33,045 bases of DNA, taken from NCBI GenBank assembly GCA_900313435.1, contig OMRF01000266.1:1-33045 (forward strand), in the 5' to 3' direction. Shown here one piece after another: positions 1 to 10,020 of the stretch. Below the pieces are notes generated by a model. The model was given only the letters and a program-made list of their open reading frames with translations, was not told the DNA's origin and searched no databases. Each line of letters begins with the position of its first letter. The first letter of the stretch is position 1. This DNA is from an uncultured Lachnospiraceae bacterium. Lineage in GTDB: Bacteria > Bacillota > Clostridia > Lachnospirales > Lachnospiraceae. Both the position numbers and the translations under genes were made by a program.

Positions 1-1172
1 TCGACATTCTTCGTAAACGGAAACATATCAAAAAGCTTCATCGAGACCGGAGAATAGCCCTGTTCAAAGAAGAAAGGAAGGTCCCGGGCAAGGGACTGCG
101 GCTTACAGCTTATATATATGATATTTTCCACCCCATAGGAAAGTATCTTATCGAGAGACTTTTTCAGCACCCCCTCTCTTGGAGGATCAAGGATGATGAG
201 ATCCGGCTTCTCAGGAAGGCTGTCAAGAGCATCAAAGACATCTGACGCAATAAAGGAAACATTTTCTATGCCGTTTTCCTTTGCGTTAATACGAGCCTTA
301 TTAACTGCCTCCTCAACTATCTCTACTCCCACTACCTTCGTAGCAGAGGGGCTCATGAGCTGGGTTATCGTCCCTGTCCCGCAGTAGAGATCGTAGATCA
401 GCCCATTCTTGTCTGAGAGAGCGTTCTTTGCAAGTTCCCTTACATGTGAATACAATTCCTCCGCCCCTTTTGTATTCGTTTGGAAGAATGAAAACGGGGA
501 TATCTCAAATGACAGAGAAAGAACGGTATCGTGAAATGATGAACTGCCGTAGAGTACCTCTGTTCCCTCGTCTATCACCGCGTCCGCAAGGCTGTCATTC
601 TTGGTATGAAGGATCGAAACTATCCTGTTTTCAAGCGGCAACGAAAGCAATCTATCGCACCACAAAGGAAGGAGCTCATCAAATGCCGGGCCGCCCTGTG
701 TCGTAGTCACAAGATCAACAAGTATCTCCCCCGTATTCCTTCCCCTCCTTATGAGAAGGTGCCTAAGTATCCCCTCATGACTCTTCTTTCGTACATAGGG
801 GATCTTTCTTTCCGAAAAAAATGAAAGGGTCGCCTTCAATATCTCATTGAAATCCGGATGGGCAAGGACACAGGAATCAGCGGTCAGTACGGAATAAAAG
901 CTCTTTTTTTTGTGAAGTCCCAAGGTTAGGGGGCCGTCCTTCACCGCATCACCAAAAGAAAACTCCATTTTGTTCCTGTAATAATAGGGATCCGGAGAAG
1001 GCACAGCTCCCTTGTAGACATCTTTAAAAGCAAGTGCAGGCGAATGCTTTTCAAGAACAGGAGAAAAAAGAAGCTCCATCTCATTTTCCTTGAGATGGAG
1101 CTGTTCTTCACTTGAGATGTCCAAAAAGCTGCACCCTCCGCACTCATTAAAAAGCGGGCAGGTTAATTTCAT
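1..1172 (-). CDS. TrmA/RumA (RlmD/RlmCD)-family RNA (uracil-5)-methyltransferase; 3' end (C-terminus) truncated by the window edge
   Basis: The minus-strand frame is open from the left edge to the ATG at 1172-1170. It is absent from the ORF track because it runs off the window. My translation reads MKLTCPLFNECGGCSFLD (CX5CX2C Fe-S-type cysteines) ... LIYDLYCGTGTITQLMS (SAM motif I) ... LIILDPPREG (motif IV) ... NIIYISCKPQSLARD. These are hallmarks of m5U methyltransferases. Confidence 0.85.
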   Translation of the reverse strand, partial: MKLTCPLFNECGGCSFLDISSEEQLHLKENEMELLFSPVLEKHSPALAFKDVYKGAVPSPDPYYYRNKMEFSFGDAVKDGPLTLGLHKKKSFYSVLTADSCVLAHPDFNEILKATLSFFSERKIPYVRKKSHEGILRHLLIRRGRNTGEILVDLVTTTQGGPAFDELLPLWCDRLLSLPLENRIVSILHTKNDSLADAVIDEGTEVLYGSSSFHDTVLSLSFEISPFSFFQTNTKGAEELYSHVRELAKNALSDKNGLIYDLYCGTGTITQLMSPSATKVVGVEIVEEAVNKARINAKENGIENVSFIASDVFDALDSLPEKPDLIILDPPREGVLKKSLDKILSYGVENIIYISCKPQSLARDLPFFFEQGYSPVSMKLFDMFPFTKNV

Positions 1173-1186
1173 AAAGAATCTTCCTT

Positions 1187-1408
1187 TCAGTCCTCAGCAG
1201 CTACTGTAGCCGACTCTTCCTCATCAAAGAGGTCATCATCGTCATCAAAGGCATCATCGAAATCATCATCGAAATCATCGTCGTAATCAGGTGTGAAATA
1301 ACGATAAAGCGCATAAATGATCCCGCACACTACCGCTATCACAAGGATAACGATGAGAGTTGTCTTTACGATCTTTCCGACTGTCAGTTCCTTCTTCTCA
1401 ACAACCAT
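1187..1408 (-). CDS. small single-pass membrane protein with a poly-acidic C-terminal tail (hypothetical)
   Basis: The ORF track gives 1187..1438. The ATG at 1438 has no RBS. The internal ATG at 1408 is preceded by AGGGTGG at about 7 nt, so I prefer that start. Product: MVVEKKELTVGKIVKTTLIVILVIAVVCGIIYALYRYF (one TM helix) followed by DYDDDFDDDFDDAFDDDDDLFDEEE. I recognise no family. Confidence 0.55.
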   Translation of the reverse strand: MVVEKKELTVGKIVKTTLIVILVIAVVCGIIYALYRYFTPDYDDDFDDDFDDAFDDDDDLFDEEESATVAAED

Positions 1409-1467
1409 TTTCAAACCACCCTTTCTATAAAAAGCCATAAAGCCTGCTAAATATTCAATATACGGGA

Positions 1468-1476
1468 ATTATAACA
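1468..1476 (-). promoter_or_regulatory. candidate extended -10 promoter element (TGTTATAAT) for the small acidic protein / methyltransferase genes
   Basis: The minus strand reads aaaTGTTATAATtcc between the pcrA stop (1494) and the small ORF. The -35 is weak (TGATAT at 17 nt). The predicted TSS near 1461 fits the 1408 start better than the 1438 start. Confidence 0.3.
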
Positions 1477-1493
1477 TTTACCATAAGAACATA

Positions 1494-3731
1494 TCAAGCC
1501 TTTTCAAGCTTGGCAAAGGAGGCAAACATCTTTTTTTCCTCTCCGTCGTCAAAACGTACTAAAACCTCAAAATCACGGCCTCCGTCAGTAATGGAGAGAA
1601 CAACTCCCTCCCCGAATTTCCTGTGTATCACCCTGTCTCCGACCCCGTAGGAAAGGGGGGCTTTTTCGATCACAGTCCCGAAGTTTTTGGGCGCGGCAGG
1701 CTTTTTGAAGGGATTGTAGCTTTTGTCCACGGAAAAAGAGGCTCTGCTTTTCTTCTCTGCCGCTTCCTCTGTTCTTGGAAAGGGTGTAGTCTTAAGACCA
1801 TTGCCCTCGATAAGAAGAGGCGATATCTCCTTAAGGAACCTGGACGGACTCGCAGTCTGATACTCACCTCTCACCATCCTGGTCCTCGCAAGTGACAATG
1901 TAAGGTTCTTTCTCGCCCTCGTGATCCCCACATAAAAGAGCCTTCTCTCCTCCGCAAGCTCCTCTCCGCCATCCTGTGCGGTGATAGACATAAAGCCTGG
2001 GAAGAGGCCGTCCTCCATACCCGCTATATAGACATTGTCAAACTCGAGTCCCTTAGCGCCATGCAGCGTCATAAGAAGAACATAATCATCCCCCTCGGGA
2101 AGATTGTCTATATCAGCTATCAGAGCCACCTCTTCAAGAAAGCCGGAAAGAGTGGGCTCCTCATTATCATTCTGGTAGGTCACTGCCTTGTTCAGAAATT
2201 CCTCAAGATTCTCAAGCCTGGCCTTTGAATCATCCGTATTTTCAATGACAAGCTCGTTCTGATATCCCGAGTTCAAAAGGACCTTTTTTATTATCTCCGG
2301 AACAGGCTCATCCAAAAGACACTTGAATTCCTCTATAAGGGAGGTAAAGCTCCTAATCTTGGAAGACGCATTTTTCAGCGCGGGATTTATATCCGAGGAA
2401 AGGAGGCCCTCATAAAGGGACTTTCCGTTGGCAGCCGCAAAAATAGCGGCTTTTTCCACCGAAGCCTCTCCTATGCCACGTTTCGGGACATTAATTATCC
2501 TTCGTAAGGAAAGGTCGTCAGAAGGGTTCACTATCACCTTAAGATAAGCGATGATATCCTTGATCTCCTTCCTTGAATAGAAATTCACCCCGCCTACGAT
2601 CTTGTAGGGGATGTTCTCCCGGATGAACTTTTCCTCAAGGATACGGCTCTGGGCGTTGGTACGATAGAGTACCGCATAGTCGCTGAAAGAATCCTCATTC
2701 ATTCTTGTTTTTCTTTCAACATCTGTCGCTATGAAATCTGCCTCCTCGTAGGCCGTTTCAAAGGAGTTAAGTTTGATCTTTCCGCCCTCTTCGTTCTCGG
2801 TCCAGAGAGTCTTTTCTTTCCTTCCCTGATCATTATTATTCTTGATGACACTGTTTGCGGCTGACAGGATGGTCTTTGTCGACCTGTAATTCTGCTCAAG
2901 CCTGATAACGGAGGCATCCGGAAAATAATGCTCAAAGTTCAGGATATTTTTGATATTTGCCCCGCGGAACTTATATATGGACTGGTCATCATCACCGACC
3001 ACGCAAAGATTTCTCTTTCCTCCGGAAAGAAGGCGTACCAGTTCAAACTGGGCGGTATTCGTATCCTGATACTCATCCACCATCAGATATTCAAATTTTT
3101 CCTGATAATAGGAAAGCACCTCTTTGTTTGTGCGAAGAAGCTCCACCGTCTTTACGATGAGGTCATCAAAATCAAGAGCATTGCTCTCCTTAAGCCTCTG
3201 CTCATACTCCTTGTAAGCCTTGTACTTCAGCATCGATACAGGATCACTGCCCCAGTCCTTTAAGGCTTCTTCAGGGTTCTTCAGTTCATCTTTGGCACTT
3301 GAGATCGCGGAAAGAAAGGTCCGCTCCTTGAATTTCTTCGGGTCAACATTCAACTTCTTCATGACTGCCTTCATCACAGTCTTTGAATCGTCGGCGTCAT
3401 AGATGGAAAAATTGCGGTCATAGCCCGCTTCAAGAGCGAAGCGCCTGAGTATCCTGACGCAACTTGAATGAAAGGTGGAAACCCATACATCACGCCCGCT
3501 GTCCCCTACGACGGTGCTGATCCTGCTCTTCATCTCCGCAGCAGCCTTGTTCGTGAAGGTGATAGCCATAATGTGATAAGGCGCGACATTTTTCTTTTCT
3601 ATCAGATAGGCAGTCCTGTATGTAAGCACCCTCGTCTTTCCCGATCCGGCACCGGCAAGGATGAGAACAGGACCATCTGTTTTTTCAACAGCTTCAAGCT
3701 GTCTGTCATTTAAAAGCTTGTCGTAATCCAT
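1494..3731 (-). CDS. pcrA: ATP-dependent DNA helicase PcrA (UvrD/Rep superfamily 1)
   Basis: 745 aa. Walker A AGAGSGKTRVL, DEYQDT (motif II), VGDDDQSIYKFRGA, LEQNYRST, TLHGAKGLEFD and YVGITRA helicase motifs are present. The C-terminal Tudor-like tail (GDRVIHRKFGEGVV) is typical of PcrA. Confidence 0.95.
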   Translation of the reverse strand: MDYDKLLNDRQLEAVEKTDGPVLILAGAGSGKTRVLTYRTAYLIEKKNVAPYHIMAITFTNKAAAEMKSRISTVVGDSGRDVWVSTFHSSCVRILRRFALEAGYDRNFSIYDADDSKTVMKAVMKKLNVDPKKFKERTFLSAISSAKDELKNPEEALKDWGSDPVSMLKYKAYKEYEQRLKESNALDFDDLIVKTVELLRTNKEVLSYYQEKFEYLMVDEYQDTNTAQFELVRLLSGGKRNLCVVGDDDQSIYKFRGANIKNILNFEHYFPDASVIRLEQNYRSTKTILSAANSVIKNNNDQGRKEKTLWTENEEGGKIKLNSFETAYEEADFIATDVERKTRMNEDSFSDYAVLYRTNAQSRILEEKFIRENIPYKIVGGVNFYSRKEIKDIIAYLKVIVNPSDDLSLRRIINVPKRGIGEASVEKAAIFAAANGKSLYEGLLSSDINPALKNASSKIRSFTSLIEEFKCLLDEPVPEIIKKVLLNSGYQNELVIENTDDSKARLENLEEFLNKAVTYQNDNEEPTLSGFLEEVALIADIDNLPEGDDYVLLMTLHGAKGLEFDNVYIAGMEDGLFPGFMSITAQDGGEELAEERRLFYVGITRARKNLTLSLARTRMVRGEYQTASPSRFLKEISPLLIEGNGLKTTPFPRTEEAAEKKSRASFSVDKSYNPFKKPAAPKNFGTVIEKAPLSYGVGDRVIHRKFGEGVVLSITDGGRDFEVLVRFDDGEEKKMFASFAKLEKA

Positions 3732-4024
3732 TATTTATTATCTTCTATCCTGGAAAGAGCCAAAGTGTAGCCATCATTCCCGTAGGTGAAGGCACGGTTC
3801 ACCCGGCTGATGGTCGCAGTGGACGCGCCTGTTTCACGGGCGATCTCCTGGTAGGTCTCGTTCTTCTTGAGAAGGGCGGCAACCATTAACCTTTGTCCCA
3901 TGGCATCAAGCTCCTTAACGGTACAAAGATCATCAAGAAATGCGTACATCTCATCCCTGTTCTTCAAAGAAAGAAGGGCATCGCAAAGCTTGTCCATTCC
4001 TTCGCTCCTAATGTCCCTGCTCAA
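3731..4024 (-). CDS. YerC/YecD-type TrpR-related helix-turn-helix protein
   Basis: 97 aa, with a TTG start preceded by GAGGAGG. The pattern LCTVKELDAMGQRLMVAALLKKNETYQEIARETGASTATISRVNRA is the TrpR-like YerC family signature. Its stop overlaps the pcrA ATG (TAATG), echoing the yerC-pcrA neighbourhood of Bacillus. Confidence 0.8.
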   Translation of the reverse strand: MSRDIRSEGMDKLCDALLSLKNRDEMYAFLDDLCTVKELDAMGQRLMVAALLKKNETYQEIARETGASTATISRVNRAFTYGNDGYTLALSRIEDNK

Positions 4025-4063
4025 GACAGCCTCCTCTAATAACCGTAGTTTCTTATCTGGCTC

Positions 4064-5074
4064 CTAAAGAAGCTCAACTCCATGGCTGTTTAATTCCTTA
4101 ACATCCTCATCGGGCCATACGGAGGACTGAACCTCCCCGATATGAGCCTTCCGAAGGAAAAACATACATATACGTGACTGACCTATCCCGCCTCCTATGG
4201 TATAGGGCAGTTCATTATTGATGATAGCCCTCTGGAAGGGAAGATCCGCCCTGTCTTCACAATTTGCTTCGCGAAGCTGAGATAAGATAGCCTCTCTGTC
4301 AACCCTTATCCCCATGGAGGAAAGTTCAAGTCCCGCATCAAGCACCGGGTAATAAACAATAATGTCTCCGTTAAGACTCCAGTCATCATAGTCGGGAGCC
4401 CGGCCATCATGAGGTTTTCCGGATTTCAGCTTTCCGCCTATCTTTTCCACAAAGACGGCTCCATAGGCCTTTGCGGCTTTCTGCTCCCTCTCCCTCGGAG
4501 AAAGCTCGGGATACCTGTCCTCAAGCTCCTGAGATGGTATAAAGGTAATGTTCTCCGGAAGTATACAATCAATATAAGAATACTGATTCGATATATATTT
4601 TTCAGTGACACGGAGCGCGTCATAGACACTCCTTACAGTCTCACGAAGCTTTTCTTCATTCCTTTCATGCTTTTCTATGATACGCTCCCAGTCCCACTGG
4701 TCAACGTAGATGGAATGAACATTATCCGTATCCTCATCACGTCTTATGGCGTTCATGTCGGTATAGATACCCTCTCCGACTGAAAAGCCATAACGGAAGA
4801 GCGCCATCCTCTTCCATTTTGCAAGAGACTGTACTATCTCGACCTGCCTCTCCCCCTGCTCCTTCACTCCGAAAGAAACAGGTCGTTCGATGCCGTTTAA
4901 GTTATCATTTAAGCCTGATTCAGGTACAACGAAAAGCGGCGCCGTCACACGTCTCAGATTGAGCTCTGCCGCGAGAAGCTTCTGAAAGAAATCCTTGACC
5001 TTTTTGATCGCGATCTGTGTCTCCTTGAGATCCAGCGCACTGGTATAGCCCTCGGGAATTACGACATTACCCAT
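4064..5074 (-). CDS. asnA: aspartate--ammonia ligase (asparagine synthetase A)
   Basis: 336 aa, collinear with E. coli AsnA as I recall it. Shared motifs: SLAKWKR, HSIYVDQWDWE, DGRAPDYDDWSLNGDI, LSSMGIRVD, GGGIGQSR. Confidence 0.95.
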   Translation of the reverse strand: MGNVVIPEGYTSALDLKETQIAIKKVKDFFQKLLAAELNLRRVTAPLFVVPESGLNDNLNGIERPVSFGVKEQGERQVEIVQSLAKWKRMALFRYGFSVGEGIYTDMNAIRRDEDTDNVHSIYVDQWDWERIIEKHERNEEKLRETVRSVYDALRVTEKYISNQYSYIDCILPENITFIPSQELEDRYPELSPREREQKAAKAYGAVFVEKIGGKLKSGKPHDGRAPDYDDWSLNGDIIVYYPVLDAGLELSSMGIRVDREAILSQLREANCEDRADLPFQRAIINNELPYTIGGGIGQSRICMFFLRKAHIGEVQSSVWPDEDVKELNSHGVELL

Positions 5075-5101
5075 AATAATACTCTCTTTTCTCCTTTTCT
5101 T

Positions 5102-6499
5102 TCAGACTCCGCAAGTTCCCACAGTTCTCGGGAACGGAAGGACATCCCTGATGTTCGGTATCCCCGTCAGATACATTACCATCCTCTCGAAACCAAGACC
5201 GAAGCCTGCGTGTCTTGTAGAGCCCCAGCGCCTCAGATCCAGATAGAATTCATAATCTTCCTTCTTCATCGAAAGCTCATTCATCCTGCTCTCAAGAAGT
5301 TCAAGGTTATCCTCCCTCTGGGAACCGCCTATGATCTCCCCAATACCCGGAACAAGGCAGTCAACCGCGGCAACTGTCTTTTTATCAGGGTTCAGTTTCA
5401 TATAAAAGGCCTTGATGTCCTTGGGATAATCCGTTACAAAGACAGGCTTTTTGAAAAGCTGCTCCGTAAGGAATCTTTCATGCTCTGTCTGAAGGTCAAC
5501 TCCCCAGCTCACCTTGTAATCGAAGCTGTCATTTCGCTTTTCAAGCTCCTTAACGGCGTCTGTATAAGTAATCCTTCCGAAATCGGAGGAAGACACATGA
5601 GAAAGCCGCTCTATTAGTCCCTTATCAATGAACTGATTGAAGAATTCGAGTTCCTCAGGGGCTTCACGCAGCACATAATCAATAATGTATTTCAGCATAT
5701 CCTCCGCAAGACGCATATCGTCAGAAAGATCGGCAAAGGCGATCTCCGGCTCGATCATCCAGAATTCCGCAGCGTGTCTGGCAGTATTTGAGTCCTCAGC
5801 TCTGAATGTGGGACCGAAGGTATAGATTTTTCCGAAGGCCTGGGCAAAGGTCTCTCCGTTCAGCTGCCCGGATACGGTAAGATTCGCGGATTTCCCAAAG
5901 AAATCCTGTGAAAAGTCTACAGATCCGTCATCATTCAAAGGTACATTCTTAAGATCGATCGTGGTCGCCCTGAACATCTCTCCCGCCCCCTCGGCATCGC
6001 TTGAGGTAATGATGGGGGTATGGACATAGACGAAATCTCTCTCCTGAAAGAATCTGTGTATCGCGTAAGCTGCAAGTGACCTCACGCGAAAGATCGCTTC
6101 AAAGGTATTTGTCCTCGGACGAAGGTGGGTGATAGTCCGAAGATATTCCATAGTATGCCTCTTCGGCTGAAGCGGATAAGAGGGATCTGAGGGGCCTTCC
6201 ACCGTGATCTCATCGGCCTGCAACTCAAAGGGCTGTTTCGCCTCCGGAGTCAGGGTAAGTATCCCCTTTGCATAGATCGCAGTACCTACATTCAAATGCG
6301 CCGTCTCTTCAAAATTGGAAAGCGTATCATGGTAAACGACCTGGAGCGGAGTAAAGAAGGTTCCGTCATTCAATACTATGAAGCCGAAATTCTTTGAATC
6401 CCTGTTCGTTCTGATCCATCCGGCAACGGTAACCTCCTTACCGGCATACTTTGCTGTATTCTTGAACAATTCCCTGATATCTGTCTTTTCTCTTGCCAT
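5102..6499 (-). CDS. asnS: asparagine--tRNA ligase (AsnRS, class IIb)
   Basis: 465 aa. It has an N-terminal OB anticodon-binding fold ([22 protein letters not shown]) and class II motifs [27 protein letters not shown] and [12 protein letters not shown]. Confidence 0.95.
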   Translation of the reverse strand: MAREKTDIRELFKNTAKYAGKEVTVAGWIRTNRDSKNFGFIVLNDGTFFTPLQVVYHDTLSNFEETAHLNVGTAIYAKGILTLTPEAKQPFELQADEITVEGPSDPSYPLQPKRHTMEYLRTITHLRPRTNTFEAIFRVRSLAAYAIHRFFQERDFVYVHTPIITSSDAEGAGEMFRATTIDLKNVPLNDDGSVDFSQDFFGKSANLTVSGQLNGETFAQAFGKIYTFGPTFRAEDSNTARHAAEFWMIEPEIAFADLSDDMRLAEDMLKYIIDYVLREAPEELEFFNQFIDKGLIERLSHVSSSDFGRITYTDAVKELEKRNDSFDYKVSWGVDLQTEHERFLTEQLFKKPVFVTDYPKDIKAFYMKLNPDKKTVAAVDCLVPGIGEIIGGSQREDNLELLESRMNELSMKKEDYEFYLDLRRWGSTRHAGFGLGFERMVMYLTGIPNIRDVLPFPRTVGTCGV

Positions 6500-6579
6500 T
6501 ATTCTTTACCCAAAAAAAATAAAACCCTTATCAAAAGCGACAAGGTATTCTATCGCAACAAGGCGCAAAAAACAACCTT

Positions 6580-8316
6580 TCAAACACTCTTCTTCTTTGC
6601 GATCGCAGCATCCTCTTTCATGTAGTTCTTCATGCGATACATCCTCTCGTCCGCAAGAGAATAGATGTATTCGGCATACAGCCTTCCCCTGGCCTTTTCC
6701 TCTCTCTCATCGGGCTTGACCTCGGTAGATCTGGCTACGCCATAGGCAGAGGAAATAGGCGTGGCCATTCCTATAGAGTTTTTCCTCTCAGTCTCGGGAA
6801 GCCTCTTTAAGGCCTCCTCGATGGCCTGAGCATTCCCCCCCTCCGAAATAACGCAGAATTCATCACCGCCCATCCTTACGCACTCGCCTATACCATCAAA
6901 GATTTTTCCGATGACATTCGAAAAACGCCTGATAAGCTCGTCACCCACCGAATGCCCGAAGGTATCATTGGTCTTCTTAAGGTCGTTCAAGTCCATTGCG
7001 ACCAGAATGTAATCATTATCCCGATCCATAGAAAGCACCTGGAACCTCTTCTCACAATAAGCTCTGTTAAAGAGTCCTGTCACGGGGTCAGTATAAGCAG
7101 ACTGCTTCAAGCTTTCGTTCTTTGCGTCCTCCAGCACCAGCTCGTAGTAATAGGAAAGCGTCGAAAGAAAGAGCATCACGATAAACATGAGAGCTCCAAA
7201 GGGAAGTATGGAGCTGCTTAGGAAGGTTGTAGTCGGAAACAGATACTTTTGAAGGTTGAACCTGATAAGATCTATAGCTCCGAAGATAAACATAGTAAGG
7301 ACTGCGATGTTTAAAAGCCTCGCTGAATGTGTCTTTTCGCCCTTTACCCTTAAGGCCGTGATAAAGAAGGTCACAAGCACAATTACACATAAGATGTGGA
7401 AAACATTGAGCATCTGTGATATGTGGATGACGTTCGTAAAGTGGAGGACTATTGCAAGAACATCAAAGGCTGCAGTAATGATCGCATTCGCACAAAGCAG
7501 GATCCTTGACACCCTGTCATTCCCGTCCCCCCTGATATGCAGTATCAGAAGGCAGAAGGGGATGAAGGCTGAATACAGTGTTATATATTCAAGTACGGTA
7601 CAATAGGCAAGATCAGAGATCAGTACCTGTACGCTCTTTGTGGTCATCATGATCCAGATCGAGATCAGCTGTGAGAAAAGCCCCACATAGAGCATCCGGA
7701 TATAACGATCTCTCCTGAACATCATGAAGAGGCTGATCAGGGATATGATCGAGCCGAAGGAAAACAGGAATACCCCAATGAAGATATTCCAGAACTGACT
7801 TGTGGCAAAGTCCACATAAACACTGCCGGACTCATATAAATCGATAGACGGGATACTGGAAAAGGCATTATCCTCCCCCGTAGTAAAGGTCACCTTGATA
7901 TCCCTGCCCCCCGGTGATGTGGGAAGCTCCGCAAAATGATAACCGCTTCCTGCCATCTCGCCCTGTCCGAGCAGATCATGTCCATAGGAATAGACAGCCT
8001 CGCCGCCAACCTCTATGTCTACTGCCGAAAGATAACTAAGGACCCTTACGGTACTTTGTTCCGGAAGATTGGAAGGAAGGAAGCCTTCGATCGTTATGAC
8101 CTCATTCTTTGCAAGCCGTCTTCCAAAATTAAAATCAGAAAGGTTTACGCCCTCATGAACATTCCCGTTCTCCGTGAGCACAAAGGGACCGTTAAGACTG
8201 GCGCTCCTTTCTCCGTTCCATGCGAGCCCGTGAAGGAAATAAAAGACAGCGACAAGTCCCATCAGTACCAGCAACATAACTGTTATGGCGTGAAAGAGGA
8301 GATTCTTTTTCATCAT
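6580..8316 (-). CDS. membrane diguanylate cyclase: N-terminal TM helix, extracytoplasmic domain, multi-TM (7TMR-DISM-like) region, GGDEF domain
   Basis: 578 aa. After an approximately 150-aa exposed domain there are about 7 hydrophobic helices. The C-terminal region reads TGLFNR...DLNDLKKTNDTFGHSVGDE...RMGGDEF...ADERMYRMK. The start ATGATG overlaps the upstream stop, with an AAGGGGAG RBS. Confidence 0.9.
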   Translation of the reverse strand: MMKKNLLFHAITVMLLVLMGLVAVFYFLHGLAWNGERSASLNGPFVLTENGNVHEGVNLSDFNFGRRLAKNEVITIEGFLPSNLPEQSTVRVLSYLSAVDIEVGGEAVYSYGHDLLGQGEMAGSGYHFAELPTSPGGRDIKVTFTTGEDNAFSSIPSIDLYESGSVYVDFATSQFWNIFIGVFLFSFGSIISLISLFMMFRRDRYIRMLYVGLFSQLISIWIMMTTKSVQVLISDLAYCTVLEYITLYSAFIPFCLLILHIRGDGNDRVSRILLCANAIITAAFDVLAIVLHFTNVIHISQMLNVFHILCVIVLVTFFITALRVKGEKTHSARLLNIAVLTMFIFGAIDLIRFNLQKYLFPTTTFLSSSILPFGALMFIVMLFLSTLSYYYELVLEDAKNESLKQSAYTDPVTGLFNRAYCEKRFQVLSMDRDNDYILVAMDLNDLKKTNDTFGHSVGDELIRRFSNVIGKIFDGIGECVRMGGDEFCVISEGGNAQAIEEALKRLPETERKNSIGMATPISSAYGVARSTEVKPDEREEKARGRLYAEYIYSLADERMYRMKNYMKEDAAIAKKKSV

Positions 8317-9995
8317 GAAGTTCTCCCCTTTCCTGTACGTGTTTTCATTTCATACATTCTCTTGTCTGAAAGTCTCAGTACCTCTTCAGACCTCGGCTTC
8401 TCAAATTCCGTACTGAGCGCTGCTCCAAAGGAGCAGTCTACTTTGTAAGGTTCCTGGGCAGATGCCTCTTTTTCAAGTTCTACAAGCCTTCGCATGGAGT
8501 CTCCCGCTGATCCGATATCATCATTTTTCAGGACAGCTATAAATTCATCCCCGCCCATTCTGAAAAGCCCGACGGTATCGGAGAAAACCGACGAAAGAAG
8601 CTTTGAAAAAGTCAATATCATCGCGTCCCCTGATTCATGGCCATAGCGGTCATTCACTTGTTTAAGGCCGTTTAGGTCAAAACTCATTATAAGATAGGTT
8701 TCATCCAAAGAATCAAGTTCTGCAAGAACAGCATTGGCTTTCTTCCTGTTTGAGAGTCCTGTCATGGAATCAACCGAAGCAAGGCTCTTAAGGACCACAA
8801 CCTCCTGCTCATCGAGAGCCCTCTTGTAAAGCCCTATCAGATAGCTTGCAAGCATTCCTACGACAAAGATGAGGATACCGATAGTGAAAAGATCCAGCTT
8901 AAGGAAGGCCGCCCGGGGAAAAATGGCTTTAACATCCTTCCTCATCATCTCGTAAACCCCCGTCACCACAAGGATGACGCTGGATATCTTAAATATCTTG
9001 TCTGCTATAAGCCTTCTCTTCTTCGGGATATTCGTGAAGATAATGGCTGCAATGCCTATTCCTACCATCAGTATGTCAAAGATACCCCTCACTCTCGGAA
9101 GGTGCATCACGTTGGTCAGGAAGAAGAGCATAACGGTTAAGAAGAATACCACGCTGATCAAAAGGAGGATCCGAAGAACACACCTTTTGTTTCTGGAGAT
9201 ATCCCGCCTCGAAGAAAGGATAAGTATCAGAAATACCATCGGTGAAGCGTAAAGGAGCGTAAACTCAAGTATGGAATTTGTCGTGATGGAAAGGCCTATG
9301 ATCTCGGGAACCTTCTGTGAACAAAGTCCCCATGTTGCCGCCACTATTGAAAAGAGTCCCGTTCCCGTAAGTTCAAGATAATCTCTGTTCACCGGAACAA
9401 AGGCAAGGCTCACTATAAGGAGCACTACACCAAGCAAAAGAAGGAAGAGGTCTATGAATATGACTCCGGAAGATTCCGAAACAAACTTCCTGAACATATC
9501 CGCTCCTGATGTAAGCTCTATATCAGGTCTCGCGTTTGACATAAAGCTCTCGGCGAATGTCAGGGTAATGGATATCCCACGTCCCGACGCATCCGCAGGA
9601 CGATCCACGAAATGATAGCCTGACCCTACTGTCCGTCCGGTCATAAAGTTCTCACGGCCGTATTCATATACTGTCTTTCCTTCGACCTCCACCTTAACGA
9701 CTGCATTGTCCGCATAGATACGGAGTCCTGCGTGGGGAGGGGTATCCTCGGGGAGGATGTTTGAAAGCCTTACTATCATTCCACGTTCAAACATTCTGCC
9801 GAAAGAAAGATCATCGAGTGAGACATCACTCTCATAAGAGCCCGGAAGTATGACAGTCCAACCCTTTGATATATCATAGGTCTTCACTGCGGAAGGCTCC
9901 ATCCCCGCCTTCACGTTCAGCGTAATAAGACAGAATGATATCGCCACAACAGAAAGGATGAATAATATGATCTTTTTAGGAGTGATAGTATTCAA
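8313..9995 (-). CDS. membrane diguanylate cyclase, tandem paralogue of the downstream gene (same 7TMR-DISM-like + GGDEF layout)
   Basis: 560 aa, TTG start. The exposed domain aligns by eye with its neighbour (GSGYHF shared; SLDDLSFGR vs NLSDFNFGR). The GGDEF domain reads TGLSNR...DLNGLKQVNDRYGHESGD...RMGGDEF...SDKRMYEMK. Confidence 0.9.
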   Translation of the reverse strand: MNTITPKKIILFILSVVAISFCLITLNVKAGMEPSAVKTYDISKGWTVILPGSYESDVSLDDLSFGRMFERGMIVRLSNILPEDTPPHAGLRIYADNAVVKVEVEGKTVYEYGRENFMTGRTVGSGYHFVDRPADASGRGISITLTFAESFMSNARPDIELTSGADMFRKFVSESSGVIFIDLFLLLLGVVLLIVSLAFVPVNRDYLELTGTGLFSIVAATWGLCSQKVPEIIGLSITTNSILEFTLLYASPMVFLILILSSRRDISRNKRCVLRILLLISVVFFLTVMLFFLTNVMHLPRVRGIFDILMVGIGIAAIIFTNIPKKRRLIADKIFKISSVILVVTGVYEMMRKDVKAIFPRAAFLKLDLFTIGILIFVVGMLASYLIGLYKRALDEQEVVVLKSLASVDSMTGLSNRKKANAVLAELDSLDETYLIMSFDLNGLKQVNDRYGHESGDAMILTFSKLLSSVFSDTVGLFRMGGDEFIAVLKNDDIGSAGDSMRRLVELEKEASAQEPYKVDCSFGAALSTEFEKPRSEEVLRLSDKRMYEMKTRTGKGRTS

Positions 9996-10020
9996 CTGCT
10001 TCTTAACCTCTCAAGAAAAA

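Noticed and set aside
6500-6579. Apparent hairpin or terminator between the GGDEF gene stop and asnS
   Set aside because: CCTTGTTGC and CCTTGTCGC are direct repeats, not inverted repeats, so no stable stem forms.
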